Source: a virus. Taken from it: DNA of 18,696 nt. Where the stretch lies: IMG/VR virus record IMGVR_UViG_3300045988_180339, positions 1-18,696 of that record; one strand, given 5' to 3'. This document shows, piece after piece, positions 1 through 6,439 of this stretch. The notes under the pieces were generated by a model. That model did no database searches, was not told where the DNA came from, and saw nothing but the letters and a program-made list of their open reading frames with translations. The position numbers were made by a program, and so were the translations under genes. Each line of letters opens with the position of its first letter. Position 1 is the stretch's first letter.

Positions 1-5
1 TAGTA

Positions 6-37
6 AACAATATCCAACTTATTTCCCCCAAATAATA
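6..37 (+). repeat. ITR-internal ~30-bp direct repeat copy 1 (AAcAATATCCAACTTaTTTCcCCCcAAAtAATA)
   Basis: Imperfect direct repeat of 129-158 inside the same ITR (core AATATCCAACTT identical). Possible iteron or origin-protein binding site. Confidence 0.6.
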
Positions 38-128
38 ATACCCACAGTATGACCCCACAAAAACACAACCCACTTTCTTTAACCCACATAAGCACAACAC
101 AAACTAACCACAACAAACTGCACCACAA

Positions 129-158
129 AATAATATCCAACTTTTTCGCCCAAAATAC
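129..158 (+). repeat. ITR-internal direct repeat copy 2 (AAtAATATCCAACTTtTTTCgCCCAAAAtA), abutting the -35 element
   Basis: Matches 6-37 with few mismatches. Ends 1 nt before the -35 hexamer of the ITR promoter, so it could double as an operator. Confidence 0.6.
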
Positions 159-187
159 TAGACATCACTTTACACACCTGATATAGT
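159..187 (+). promoter_or_regulatory. Inward-facing sigma70-like promoter inside left ITR: -35 TAGACA (159-164), 17-nt spacer, extended -10 TGaTATAGT (179-187)
   Basis: Near-consensus hexamers with exact 17-nt spacing and a TGn extended -10. Followed about 60 nt later by SD GGAAGGAG (241-248) and ATG 255-257, the last 3 nt of the ITR. Confidence 0.55.
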
Positions 188-254
188 GGTCACTGTCAGC
201 AAGGCAAGGCACCCGGCGATGGGCTTGGGTGCGCTGTTTGGAAGGAGCAGGATT

Positions 255-320
255 ATGGAAATCAAAGAAGCTGTTATCAAAAGCGCGTTGTATCCGTTTG
301 CACTTCAAGTGCTGGGGTAG
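255..320 (+). CDS. 21-aa leader ORF (MEIKEAVIKSALYPFALQVLG) initiated by the ITR-borne SD+ATG
   Basis: Best SD in the region (GGAAGGAG, 6-nt spacer) sits before ATG 255 and stops at TAG 318-320. Immediately followed by a second SD GAGGAGGA (322-329) plus ATG 336 (7-aa ORF). Could be a leader peptide, or the N-terminus of a frameshifted gene. Confidence 0.3.
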   Translation: MEIKEAVIKSALYPFALQVLG

Positions 321-369
321 TGAGGAGGACATCGAATGCTTCAAGTCTCTTATCGATGACAGTTCCGAC

Positions 370-696
370 ATGGCTGGTTACTGCATATCGTTTAGCGGTA
401 GTCGTGACATTGTTAATATGGATCCGACAGTATACAAATTAGACGGTATGACTATTTTCGAATGGAGAAAAGAGAACCGAGCGTTAGCCGCCAGGGTTCG
501 GGAGCTTGAGAGCAGTTACGATCGCGTGATTGATTACAACCATGCACTTACGGTAAACCTGGTTAGCGCGTTAAATGCAAAACCCGACTATGCCGAGTTG
601 CACGCTTTTATTGCTGATTTTGAGAAGTGTATTCTGGACATTTCCGAAGCTATCAATGGAGCGATTGAGGTGGTGAGAGCACATGAAACCAAATAA
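370..696 (+). CDS. Hypothetical early protein (108 aa from ATG 370; ORF open from GTG 229; alternative ATGs at 418 and 448)
   Basis: Long open frame 229-696 with coding-like codon use but no convincing SD at any in-frame start. Contains the motif AELHAFIADFEK shared with the 858-1067 protein. GC about 45%. Confidence 0.4.
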   Translation: MAGYCISFSGSRDIVNMDPTVYKLDGMTIFEWRKENRALAARVRELESSYDRVIDYNHALTVNLVSALNAKPDYAELHAFIADFEKCILDISEAINGAIEVVRAHETK

Positions 697-853
697 CACC
701 CAATACGATATCGGTTACCAAAACGGATACGATGACGGCTATTCCCGAGGATTCTCCGCAGGCTATAGAAAAGGTGCCGATAAGGCGGAGGAGATAAGCA
801 GGCAAAAATTCCAAGACTACGATAGGCGCTACGAGTACCCAAGATGGAGGTGA
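683..853 (+). CDS. Small Tyr/Gly-rich early protein, 56 aa (MKPNNTQYDIGYQNGYDDGYSRGFSAGYRKG...)
   Basis: ATG 683 preceded by GAGGTGGTGAG. Overlaps the stop of the previous ORF. Not in the ORF track (short). GYQxGY motif shared with the next gene. Confidence 0.5.
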   Translation: MKPNNTQYDIGYQNGYDDGYSRGFSAGYRKGADKAEEISRQKFQDYDRRYEYPRWR

Positions 854-857
854 TAGC

Positions 858-1067
858 ATGCCAACGTTCGACAAGGAGAACTCGATAGCATACGTCCGAT
901 ACATCGAGGAGAACTGCCCGCACGTGGACGTTTTCCGAAAGCAAATCGGCAACAGCGGCGTGTACGTTCTGATAGCCGACGGCAACACGTTGTTCGACAC
1001 TTCCGAGCTGCACGCCTTCGTGGCGGGTTATCAGAAGGGATATATGAAGGGTAAGGCTTATCGGTGA
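858..1067 (+). CDS. Hypothetical early protein, 69 aa
   Basis: SD GGAGGTGA 7 nt upstream of ATG 858. C-terminus SELHAFVAGYQKGYMKGKAYR combines the ELHAF(I/V)A motif of ORF 370-696 and the GYQxGY motif of ORF 683-853. Confidence 0.65.
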   Translation: MPTFDKENSIAYVRYIEENCPHVDVFRKQIGNSGVYVLIADGNTLFDTSELHAFVAGYQKGYMKGKAYR

Positions 1068-1255
1068 AGCTGAAGAAACTGATTCCACTGCTCAAGGATG
1101 ATTTCCTCGTCTGCGATTTAGACGAGGGTCTTACTTGGACAGTTGATAGCCACTTTGCAACCGAGGATAATTCGACGGTTTCAAATCAGCTTGAAAAGAA
1201 AATTATCTCGGTTTCCTCTTTCTATGACCAGGTTTTGGTCAGAGTTAAGTTATAA
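1064..1255 (+). CDS. Hypothetical protein, 63 aa, GTG start, in a low-GC (~42%) island
   Basis: GTGA overlap with the upstream stop. Weak SD (AAGGGTAAGG). Clear composition drop relative to the flanks. Confidence 0.4.
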   Translation: MKLKKLIPLLKDDFLVCDLDEGLTWTVDSHFATEDNSTVSNQLEKKIISVSSFYDQVLVRVKL

Positions 1256-1288
1256 TGTCAAAGTGACGTTTGAAAAGGAGGTGATTAA

Positions 1289-1516
1289 ATGATTCGCCGT
1301 AAAATGACCACCACTATTTGCGATGTGGTAACGCCTGATGGGGAGATGCTCGGCGAGGCGTCCTATTACGGCAAAATCAGCCCTGCAAGGCTCGCCAAGG
1401 TGGCGCGTCGGCTGTACAAGAACCAGCTCGCCACTATCACGAACTACCGAACTGTGCAGGAAACTTACGAGATGGAAGAGGAAGCTTTCATCGCAAACGC
1501 AACCAAAGTAGACTAA
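1289..1516 (+). CDS. Hypothetical early protein, 75 aa (basic N-terminus MIRRKM)
   Basis: Strong SD AAGGAGGTGA 7 nt before ATG 1289. Confidence 0.7.
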   Translation: MIRRKMTTTICDVVTPDGEMLGEASYYGKISPARLAKVARRLYKNQLATITNYRTVQETYEMEEEAFIANATKVD

Positions 1517-1531
1517 GAGAAGGAGCAAACA

Positions 1532-2005
1532 ATGACCGCAGAGTTCTATGAAGAGGAACAGGCCATCGCAACCCAGCAGGCTGCAGCCCAGCTTGCCAAC
1601 GGAAACGGCTTCGCGCAGAAGATCGTGCAGGAAGTGAACGAGCAGGGCTTCTACACCACGCTCGACATCTCCACCATGGCAGGAAAGAAGACGCTCTACA
1701 GCGCGACCAACGCGAGCGTGCTTCTCCGCGATTTCATGGAGACTCCGCTTGCGATTGCGAACATCACGTTCGCCCCGTCGGAAATCAGCGACGAGGACGG
1801 CAACCCGCTCACCACGCTCGGTGTCTTCCTCACCGACGAGAACGGCACCACATACAGCTCAACCTCCACGGGCGTTCTCAAGTCGGCTATGCGCATCCTC
1901 GCCAACTTCGGCGAGCCTACCGATTGGGGCGAGCCGCTCACCGTCGTGTGCAAGGAGACCAACACCAGCAAGGGTCGCCGCTACAAGTTCCTCGACGTGG
2001 AGTAG
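1532..2005 (+). CDS. Acidic 157-aa early protein; candidate SSB or DNA-binding replication accessory protein (by position only)
   Basis: SD GAGAAGGAG before ATG 1532. Sits directly upstream of the terminal protein/DNA polymerase gene pair. Followed by a GC-rich hairpin cluster. No motif recognised. Confidence 0.7.
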   Translation: MTAEFYEEEQAIATQQAAAQLANGNGFAQKIVQEVNEQGFYTTLDISTMAGKKTLYSATNASVLLRDFMETPLAIANITFAPSEISDEDGNPLTTLGVFLTDENGTTYSSTSTGVLKSAMRILANFGEPTDWGEPLTVVCKETNTSKGRRYKFLDVE

Positions 2006-2026
2006 CGCGAACTTGCGTGATATCCT

Positions 2027-2119
2027 GGGAGCGTGCGCTTAGGCCGCGCTCCCTCAAAGGGCGCGCCTTAGGGCGCGCCCTTCGTATCACAGCATAAACA
2101 AAGCCCGCTTGCGCGGGCT
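2027..2119 (+). promoter_or_regulatory. Cluster of three GC-rich hairpins between ORF 1532-2005 and the terminal protein gene (candidate U-tract-less terminator/attenuator or RNA processing site)
   Basis: Hairpin 1 is 2027-2033/2047-2053 (GGGAGCG/CGCTCCC). Hairpin 2 is 2057-2067/2072-2082 (AAGGGCGCGCC-tta-GGCGCGCCCTT, perfect 11 bp). Hairpin 3 is 2102-2108/2113-2119 (AGCCCGC/GCGGGCT), just before SD AAAGGAGCAGG. Confidence 0.45.
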
Positions 2120-2138
2120 GGAAAAAGGAGCAGGCATC

Positions 2139-3353
2139 ATGGCGAGGAAGAGAACGGAACTCGATAAGAAGATATCCCGCGCTCAGAAGAATGCCCGAAA
2201 CAAACTATACCGCATCCGTAAAAAGGGCGCAATCAACAGCGAGGAGTTCGACCCTCGCGTCTCCCAGGCAGAGATTAAGCATATGAACGGCTCGCAGAAG
2301 AAGGCATATCTCAGGAAGCTTGAACTGTTCAATGGCCGTGCGAACAAGGTTATCGTGCAGCCTGGAAACGGGATAGCGATTCCCGAGACCAAGCTCAAGG
2401 CGTACAGGCAGGCGGAGCTAGAGCTAAACGCCGCACGCATCATCCGAAGGGCTGGAATAGAGGAGGCGGTGAAGTCGGCGGCGGTTCTCGACATCTCCAG
2501 GATTCAGAAGACGGTGAACAAGGAGATAGCCAGGCGCGAGCGGGCGGAGAAGCTAGGCAAGCCGTACAAGCCGCTCAAGAAGTCGGTTGAGTCTATGCGC
2601 GGCATGCCCGTGAACTGGAACAAGCTTGACATCGACTACCTGGCTAAAGCTCAGAGCTACTACGACCCCGTGTTCAAGCAGTGGAAGCCGGGGGAGCGGA
2701 ACAAGTTCCAAGACCTCGTGCCAATCTGGATGCGCGAGTCCTTCCCCTCCGTGAAGTCGGTAGAGGAGCAGACCAGGAAGGCGAAGGAGGCAAAGGAGCG
2801 AATAAAGGTCGCCAGGAAGCGCTACCCGCAGTACCGAGAGGCGCTCATCGAGAAGGCCATGTTCTCGGGTTACCCCGAGCTTGCCGAGGCGATACGCGCG
2901 CTCACCTACGCGCAGCTCGATTACCTGCACTACTACACGGATTTCGACGCTTGGGGATCGTTCTTCTCGTCGTCGAAGGGCTATATCGCGGGAAATCAGG
3001 CGCTGTTCGAGGAGCAGCGCGACCAGACGGACGATGCTGCCGCGCAGATGATGGCGGAGATTCTGCGGGCGAGGCGCATAAGGCCCGGGCAGTCTGGAAT
3101 ATCGAACATCACTTACAACAAGGAATGGCGCGGCGAGAGGGGCTTTGCGAAGGCGGGCGGAAATCTCGGAAGCACCGGACTGGACCCCGATATCGTCGAT
3201 ACGATGAGCAGGGCGTCCATATCAGGCTCGCGACTCGGGTTCAGGACGTCCATCTTCGACTACAAGGAGAGCAAGGCGGAATCGGCAAACAGCGAGCGCA
3301 TGCTGCATGAGCTTTCCTACGAGATCGCGCGCCAGATAAGGCACGGGAAATGA
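2139..3353 (+). CDS. Putative terminal protein (TP, 404 aa), translationally coupled to the DNA polymerase
   Basis: SD AAAGGAG precedes ATG 2139 (the upstream ATG 2109 lacks an SD). Very basic N-terminus (MARKRTELDKKISRAQKNARNKLYRIRKKG). Stop overlaps the polymerase start (ATGA at 3350-3353). In phi29/Cp-1-like genomes the TP gene immediately precedes the polymerase. Confidence 0.55.
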   Translation: MARKRTELDKKISRAQKNARNKLYRIRKKGAINSEEFDPRVSQAEIKHMNGSQKKAYLRKLELFNGRANKVIVQPGNGIAIPETKLKAYRQAELELNAARIIRRAGIEEAVKSAAVLDISRIQKTVNKEIARRERAEKLGKPYKPLKKSVESMRGMPVNWNKLDIDYLAKAQSYYDPVFKQWKPGERNKFQDLVPIWMRESFPSVKSVEEQTRKAKEAKERIKVARKRYPQYREALIEKAMFSGYPELAEAIRALTYAQLDYLHYYTDFDAWGSFFSSSKGYIAGNQALFEEQRDQTDDAAAQMMAEILRARRIRPGQSGISNITYNKEWRGERGFAKAGGNLGSTGLDPDIVDTMSRASISGSRLGFRTSIFDYKESKAESANSERMLHELSYEIARQIRHGK

Positions 3354-5041
3354 TAGAGTACGCGAGCGACTTCGAGACCACGACGCAGGCCGATGACTGC
3401 CGCGTTTGGGCCTGGGGGTGCGCAAAAGCGTGCGGTGAGCCAGAACCGACGTTCGAGAGCGGTACCGATATCGATTCGTGGCTTGCGCACGTCAAGTCGA
3501 ACCCAGGCCGATACTGGTTCCACAACCTGGGATTCGACTCCCGCTTCGTCATGTGGCACCTGCTCAACTCAGGGTGCGAATGGGTGGAGAAGAAGCCGGT
3601 GGAAGGCCAGTTCTCAACCGTCATAGACAACATGGGAAAGATATACTCGCTAGAGATAGGCAACGAGGGCGGGAAGCTTGTTCTGGCTGACAGCTTCAAG
3701 AAGATTCCGATGAGCCTCGAGAGCGTCGCCCAGGCGTACGACCTGCCCATGTCGAAGGGCGATTTGGACTACGAGGCCTACCGAGAGGTCGGGCACGTGC
3801 TGACGGACGAGGAGATGGACTACCTGTACCGCGACGTGCTGATACTCGCAAGGGCGATGCACAAGCGACTCGAAGTCGGAACAAAGCTCACCACGGGCGC
3901 AGATTGCCTTGAAACCTACAAGGACATCATAGGCAAGGACCTATGGAACAAGTGGTTCCCCCACCTCAACCCGATACTCGACGGCGAGATTCGCCAGGCA
4001 TACCGAGGCGGATACGTGTACTGCAACCCGCTGCACCAGGGGCAGGTCGTAGGAAAGGGGATAGCGCTGGACGTCAACTCTCTTTACCCGTGGGTCATGA
4101 GAACGGCGCTGCTCCCCTGGGGCATGCCGAAGCGAGGGCGCGGCAAGCCGAAGGAGAGCAAGGATTTCCCGCTTTGGGTCGCGGAGGTGCAGTTCGACGC
4201 GACGTTGAAACCCGGGAAACTTCCCTGCATACAGATGAAGAACAACATGTTCTACCGCGATAGGGAGTACATACGCGAGACGGTAGAGCCTATAGACCTC
4301 TGGGTATCGTCGGTAGACTGGAAGCTCATATGCGACATGTACGAGGTCACCGTGTACGCGTGGGGAGCGCATTACCTGTTCCACGGTGCCAAGGGCATGT
4401 ACAACGATTACGTGGATTATTGGATGGCAGAGAAGATCGCGGCGGGCAAGGAGGGAAACCGCGCGAGGCGGCAGAACTCCAAGCTGTGCCTCAACAACCT
4501 GTACGGCAAGTTCGGTCAGAAGGTGGAGGTGCAGGGCAAGGTTCCCGTGCTCGATGCCGACAAGGTTCTCCACCTGCTGCCAGGCGACAAGGGAGAGCGC
4601 GATCCCGTGTACATCCCAAGCGCGGTGTTCATCACCGCATGGGCGAGGGACAAGACGATACGCACCGCCTGCGAGTTCGGGGACAGGTACCTTTACAGCG
4701 ACACCGACTCCATCAAGGCGCTGGGAACGGACATTCCAGACGATGTGCACGTGGACGATTACGAGCTTGGCGCATGGGCGTTGGAGCAGACGTTCGACAA
4801 GGGCATCTTCCTGCGGGCGAAGACCTACGCCACCTACTCCGACGGGCTTTGCGAGTACATATGCGCGGGAATGCCGAACAGCCTCAAGGAGGTCATGCGC
4901 TTCGATGACTTCAGGGTGGGATTCACCACGCTCGGCAGCGACAACCCCGATTACGCGAACAAGGACAACTGGAAGCTCGTGCCGCAGAACGTGCCCGGCG
5001 GTTGCGTGCTGGTGCCAAGGCCGTTTACAATACACGGATAG
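3350..5041 (+). CDS. Protein-primed family-B DNA polymerase (phi29 gp2-like, 563 aa)
   Basis: Exo I DFETT (aa 7-11), Exo II YWFHNLGFD (56-63), Exo III YLYRDV (158-163), YxGG AYRGGY, motif A DVNSLYP (241-247, identical to phi29), motif B KLCLNNLYGKFG (378-389), motif C YSDTDS (449-454), KxY KTYA (491-494). Size close to phi29 gp2. Confidence 0.95.
   Translation: MIEYASDFETTTQADDCRVWAWGCAKACGEPEPTFESGTDIDSWLAHVKSNPGRYWFHNLGFDSRFVMWHLLNSGCEWVEKKPVEGQFSTVIDNMGKIYSLEIGNEGGKLVLADSFKKIPMSLESVAQAYDLPMSKGDLDYEAYREVGHVLTDEEMDYLYRDVLILARAMHKRLEVGTKLTTGADCLETYKDIIGKDLWNKWFPHLNPILDGEIRQAYRGGYVYCNPLHQGQVVGKGIALDVNSLYPWVMRTALLPWGMPKRGRGKPKESKDFPLWVAEVQFDATLKPGKLPCIQMKNNMFYRDREYIRETVEPIDLWVSSVDWKLICDMYEVTVYAWGAHYLFHGAKGMYNDYVDYWMAEKIAAGKEGNRARRQNSKLCLNNLYGKFGQKVEVQGKVPVLDADKVLHLLPGDKGERDPVYIPSAVFITAWARDKTIRTACEFGDRYLYSDTDSIKALGTDIPDDVHVDDYELGAWALEQTFDKGIFLRAKTYATYSDGLCEYICAGMPNSLKEVMRFDDFRVGFTTLGSDNPDYANKDNWKLVPQNVPGGCVLVPRPFTIHG
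5002..5031 (+). promoter_or_regulatory. Candidate internal promoter for the lysis cassette: TTGCGT-18 nt-TACAAT inside the 3' end of the polymerase gene
   Basis: Hexamers 4/6 and 5/6 to consensus, about 12 nt upstream of SD GGGAAGGGAGGTGA and the holin ATG 5059. Confidence 0.25.
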
Positions 5042-5058
5042 GGAAGGGAGGTGATTCA

Positions 5059-5436
5059 ATGGCAGTTTTTCAAGGTTTGGACTGGTACGCGGTCATCGCG
5101 GCTCTTCTATTCATCCTGTTCGACTTCGCGACGGGGATTGCCAAGGCCGCTTATTTTAAGCAGGTCTCATCGACCGTCATGCGCGAGGGACTCTACCACA
5201 AGTTCGCGGAGATTCTCGTCATCGTGCTGGCAGGCGTAATCGACGTCGCATGCGAGCACCTGGAATTGGGGTTCGACACGCCGATTCTAGCGGTGACATG
5301 CGCCTACATCGTTCTCATGGAGGTTGCAAGCATACTTGAGAACATCGGGGCGATGAACCCCGATCTGGCAAACAGCCCCGTTTTCTCTATTTTCAAGAAG
5401 GAAGGCACAACAAATGGCAAGCATTCGGGGAATTGA
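5059..5436 (+). CDS. Holin (125 aa, three predicted TM segments)
   Basis: Strong SD GGGAAGGGAGGTGA. Hydrophobic stretches WYAVIAALLFILFDFATGIA, FAEILVIVLAGVIDVA and ILAVTCAYIVLMEVASILENIG. The SILEN-type motif and hydrophilic C-tail are typical of a phage_holin_4-like family. Immediately upstream of, and overlapping, the endolysin gene. Confidence 0.7.
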   Translation: MAVFQGLDWYAVIAALLFILFDFATGIAKAAYFKQVSSTVMREGLYHKFAEILVIVLAGVIDVACEHLELGFDTPILAVTCAYIVLMEVASILENIGAMNPDLANSPVFSIFKKEGTTNGKHSGN

Positions 5437-6313
5437 CGTGAGCTCGAACCAGCCCGCGGACATCTGCTCGCTGGTAGATTACGATTTCGCGATTGTGAAG
5501 GCTACGGGGAACCCGCCCGGCTACGCGTGGAACTACAAGAACCCGTACATGGAGCAGCAGGTGGACGATGCGCTCGGAAAGACGGGGTGCGCGGGGCTTT
5601 ACCACTTCACGTTCGGGCGCGCCGCCAAGGAGGAGGCGGACTTCTTCTGCGACACGGTGGCCGATTACGCGGGGCGCGCAATGCTGGTCATCGACTACGA
5701 GGGGCAGGCTATCGACAACGGGCGCGAATGGCTTCGCACGTTCGCGCAGCGCATCAAGTACCGCACGGGCGTCAACCCCGTAGTGTACGCGTCAAGCTCG
5801 GTAATTCGAGACCAGGATTTGGAGTCCTTGGCCGAAGAGGAGGATTTGTCTCTTTGGAGCGCGAACTACTGGCGCGGCTACGATACCGTGTACGGCTACG
5901 ACACGAGCGGGATGAAACAGGATATCCCGTCGAGCGCGCTCTGGCAGTTCACCAGCCAGGGAGTGCTCGAAGGCTACGACGGGTACCTTGATTTGGACTT
6001 GTTCTACGGGGATTACGACACGTGGCAGAAATACTGCGCACCGAGCCAAACGCCCGCAGAACCTGAGGAACCAAGCGACCCGGAAGGAGGAAACATGCTA
6101 ACGGAACATCAAGATAGGCTTCTGGCCGTTATTTACGAACAGGTCACGGGCACATACGACCCTACGGGTCGCGGTATCGCGCTCTGCGACCACGACCACA
6201 TCAAGTGGATTGGAAAGCAGACGGCAGACAACGGCGCTGCAATCGAGGACTTGAAGGCTCGGATGGACTCCATCTCCGACAAGCTGGACGTGCTTCTGTC
6301 AGCCAAGGGCTAG
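5414..6313 (+). CDS. Endolysin: N-terminal GH25 muramidase (Cpl-1-like), Pro/Glu-rich linker, ~90-aa C-terminal domain of unknown type
   Basis: GIDVSSNQ, YHFTFG, EEADFFCDTV, LVIDYEG, LWSANY, LWQFTS, LDLDLFYG match the conserved blocks of pneumococcal phage lysozyme Cpl-1 / GH25. Linker is PSQTPAEPEEPSDPEGG. No choline-binding repeats. Confidence 0.85.
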   Translation: MASIRGIDVSSNQPADICSLVDYDFAIVKATGNPPGYAWNYKNPYMEQQVDDALGKTGCAGLYHFTFGRAAKEEADFFCDTVADYAGRAMLVIDYEGQAIDNGREWLRTFAQRIKYRTGVNPVVYASSSVIRDQDLESLAEEEDLSLWSANYWRGYDTVYGYDTSGMKQDIPSSALWQFTSQGVLEGYDGYLDLDLFYGDYDTWQKYCAPSQTPAEPEEPSDPEGGNMLTEHQDRLLAVIYEQVTGTYDPTGRGIALCDHDHIKWIGKQTADNGAAIEDLKARMDSISDKLDVLLSAKG

Positions 6314-6332
6314 CTTCGAGTCAAGCACTCGG

Positions 6333-6365
6333 CGGACAGCGGCCTCAAGCTCGGCGCGCTGTCCG
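6333..6365 (+). other. 9-bp GC hairpin (CGGACAGCG / CGCTGTCCG, 15-nt loop) 20 nt after the endolysin stop; flanked by direct repeat TCAAGC(A)CTCGGCG
   Basis: Seen directly: 6333-6341 pairs with 6357-6365. TCAAGCACTCGGCG (6321-6334) and TCAAGCTCGGCG (6345-6356). Confidence 0.4.
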
Positions 6366-6394
6366 GCATGCAACCAAATATCCCTCCGGGCTGT

Positions 6395-6439
6395 AAGACG
6401 CAGGCACGCGCAGTATACGCGGCCTGCGTCTTTTCTTCT
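6395..6439 (+). terminator. Rho-independent terminator ending the rightward early/replication/lysis transcription unit
   Basis: 11-bp stem AAGACGCAGGC (6395-6405) / GCCTGCGTCTT (6422-6432), 16-nt loop, followed by TTCTTCT. Confidence 0.65.

Larger units (their letters stand above)
1..257. repeat. Left inverted terminal repeat (ITR), 257 bp, exact reverse complement of 18440-18696
   Basis: Seen directly: 5'-TAGTAAACAATATCCAACTT... at 1-257 equals the reverse complement of the last 257 nt. Identity breaks at 258 (g versus c). The six-frame ORFs 165..371(-) and 18341..18532(+) share a mirrored 30-aa tail, confirming the repeat. Confidence 0.95.

Noticed and set aside
165-371. 68-aa minus-strand ORF at the left end, and its mirror 18341..18532 (+)
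   Set aside because: Both run outward through the ITR and share an identical 30-aa tail only because the ITR is duplicated. Neither has an SD, and both are antisense to the ITR promoter and leader.
2109-2138. ATG 2109 as the start of the terminal protein gene
   Set aside because: It lies inside hairpin 3 and upstream of the SD AAAGGAGCAGG, which is correctly spaced for ATG 2139.
4330-5054. Plus-strand alternative-frame ORFs 4330..4908 and 4386..5054 inside the polymerase gene
   Set aside because: Off-frame Arg/Gly/Thr-rich translations of the polymerase coding sequence. No start signals.
3941-5059. 372-aa minus-strand ORF antisense to the DNA polymerase gene
   Set aside because: Typical long antisense open frame in GC-rich coding DNA. 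The plus strand carries unambiguous polymerase motifs. No SD, and Arg/Val/His-rich junk composition.
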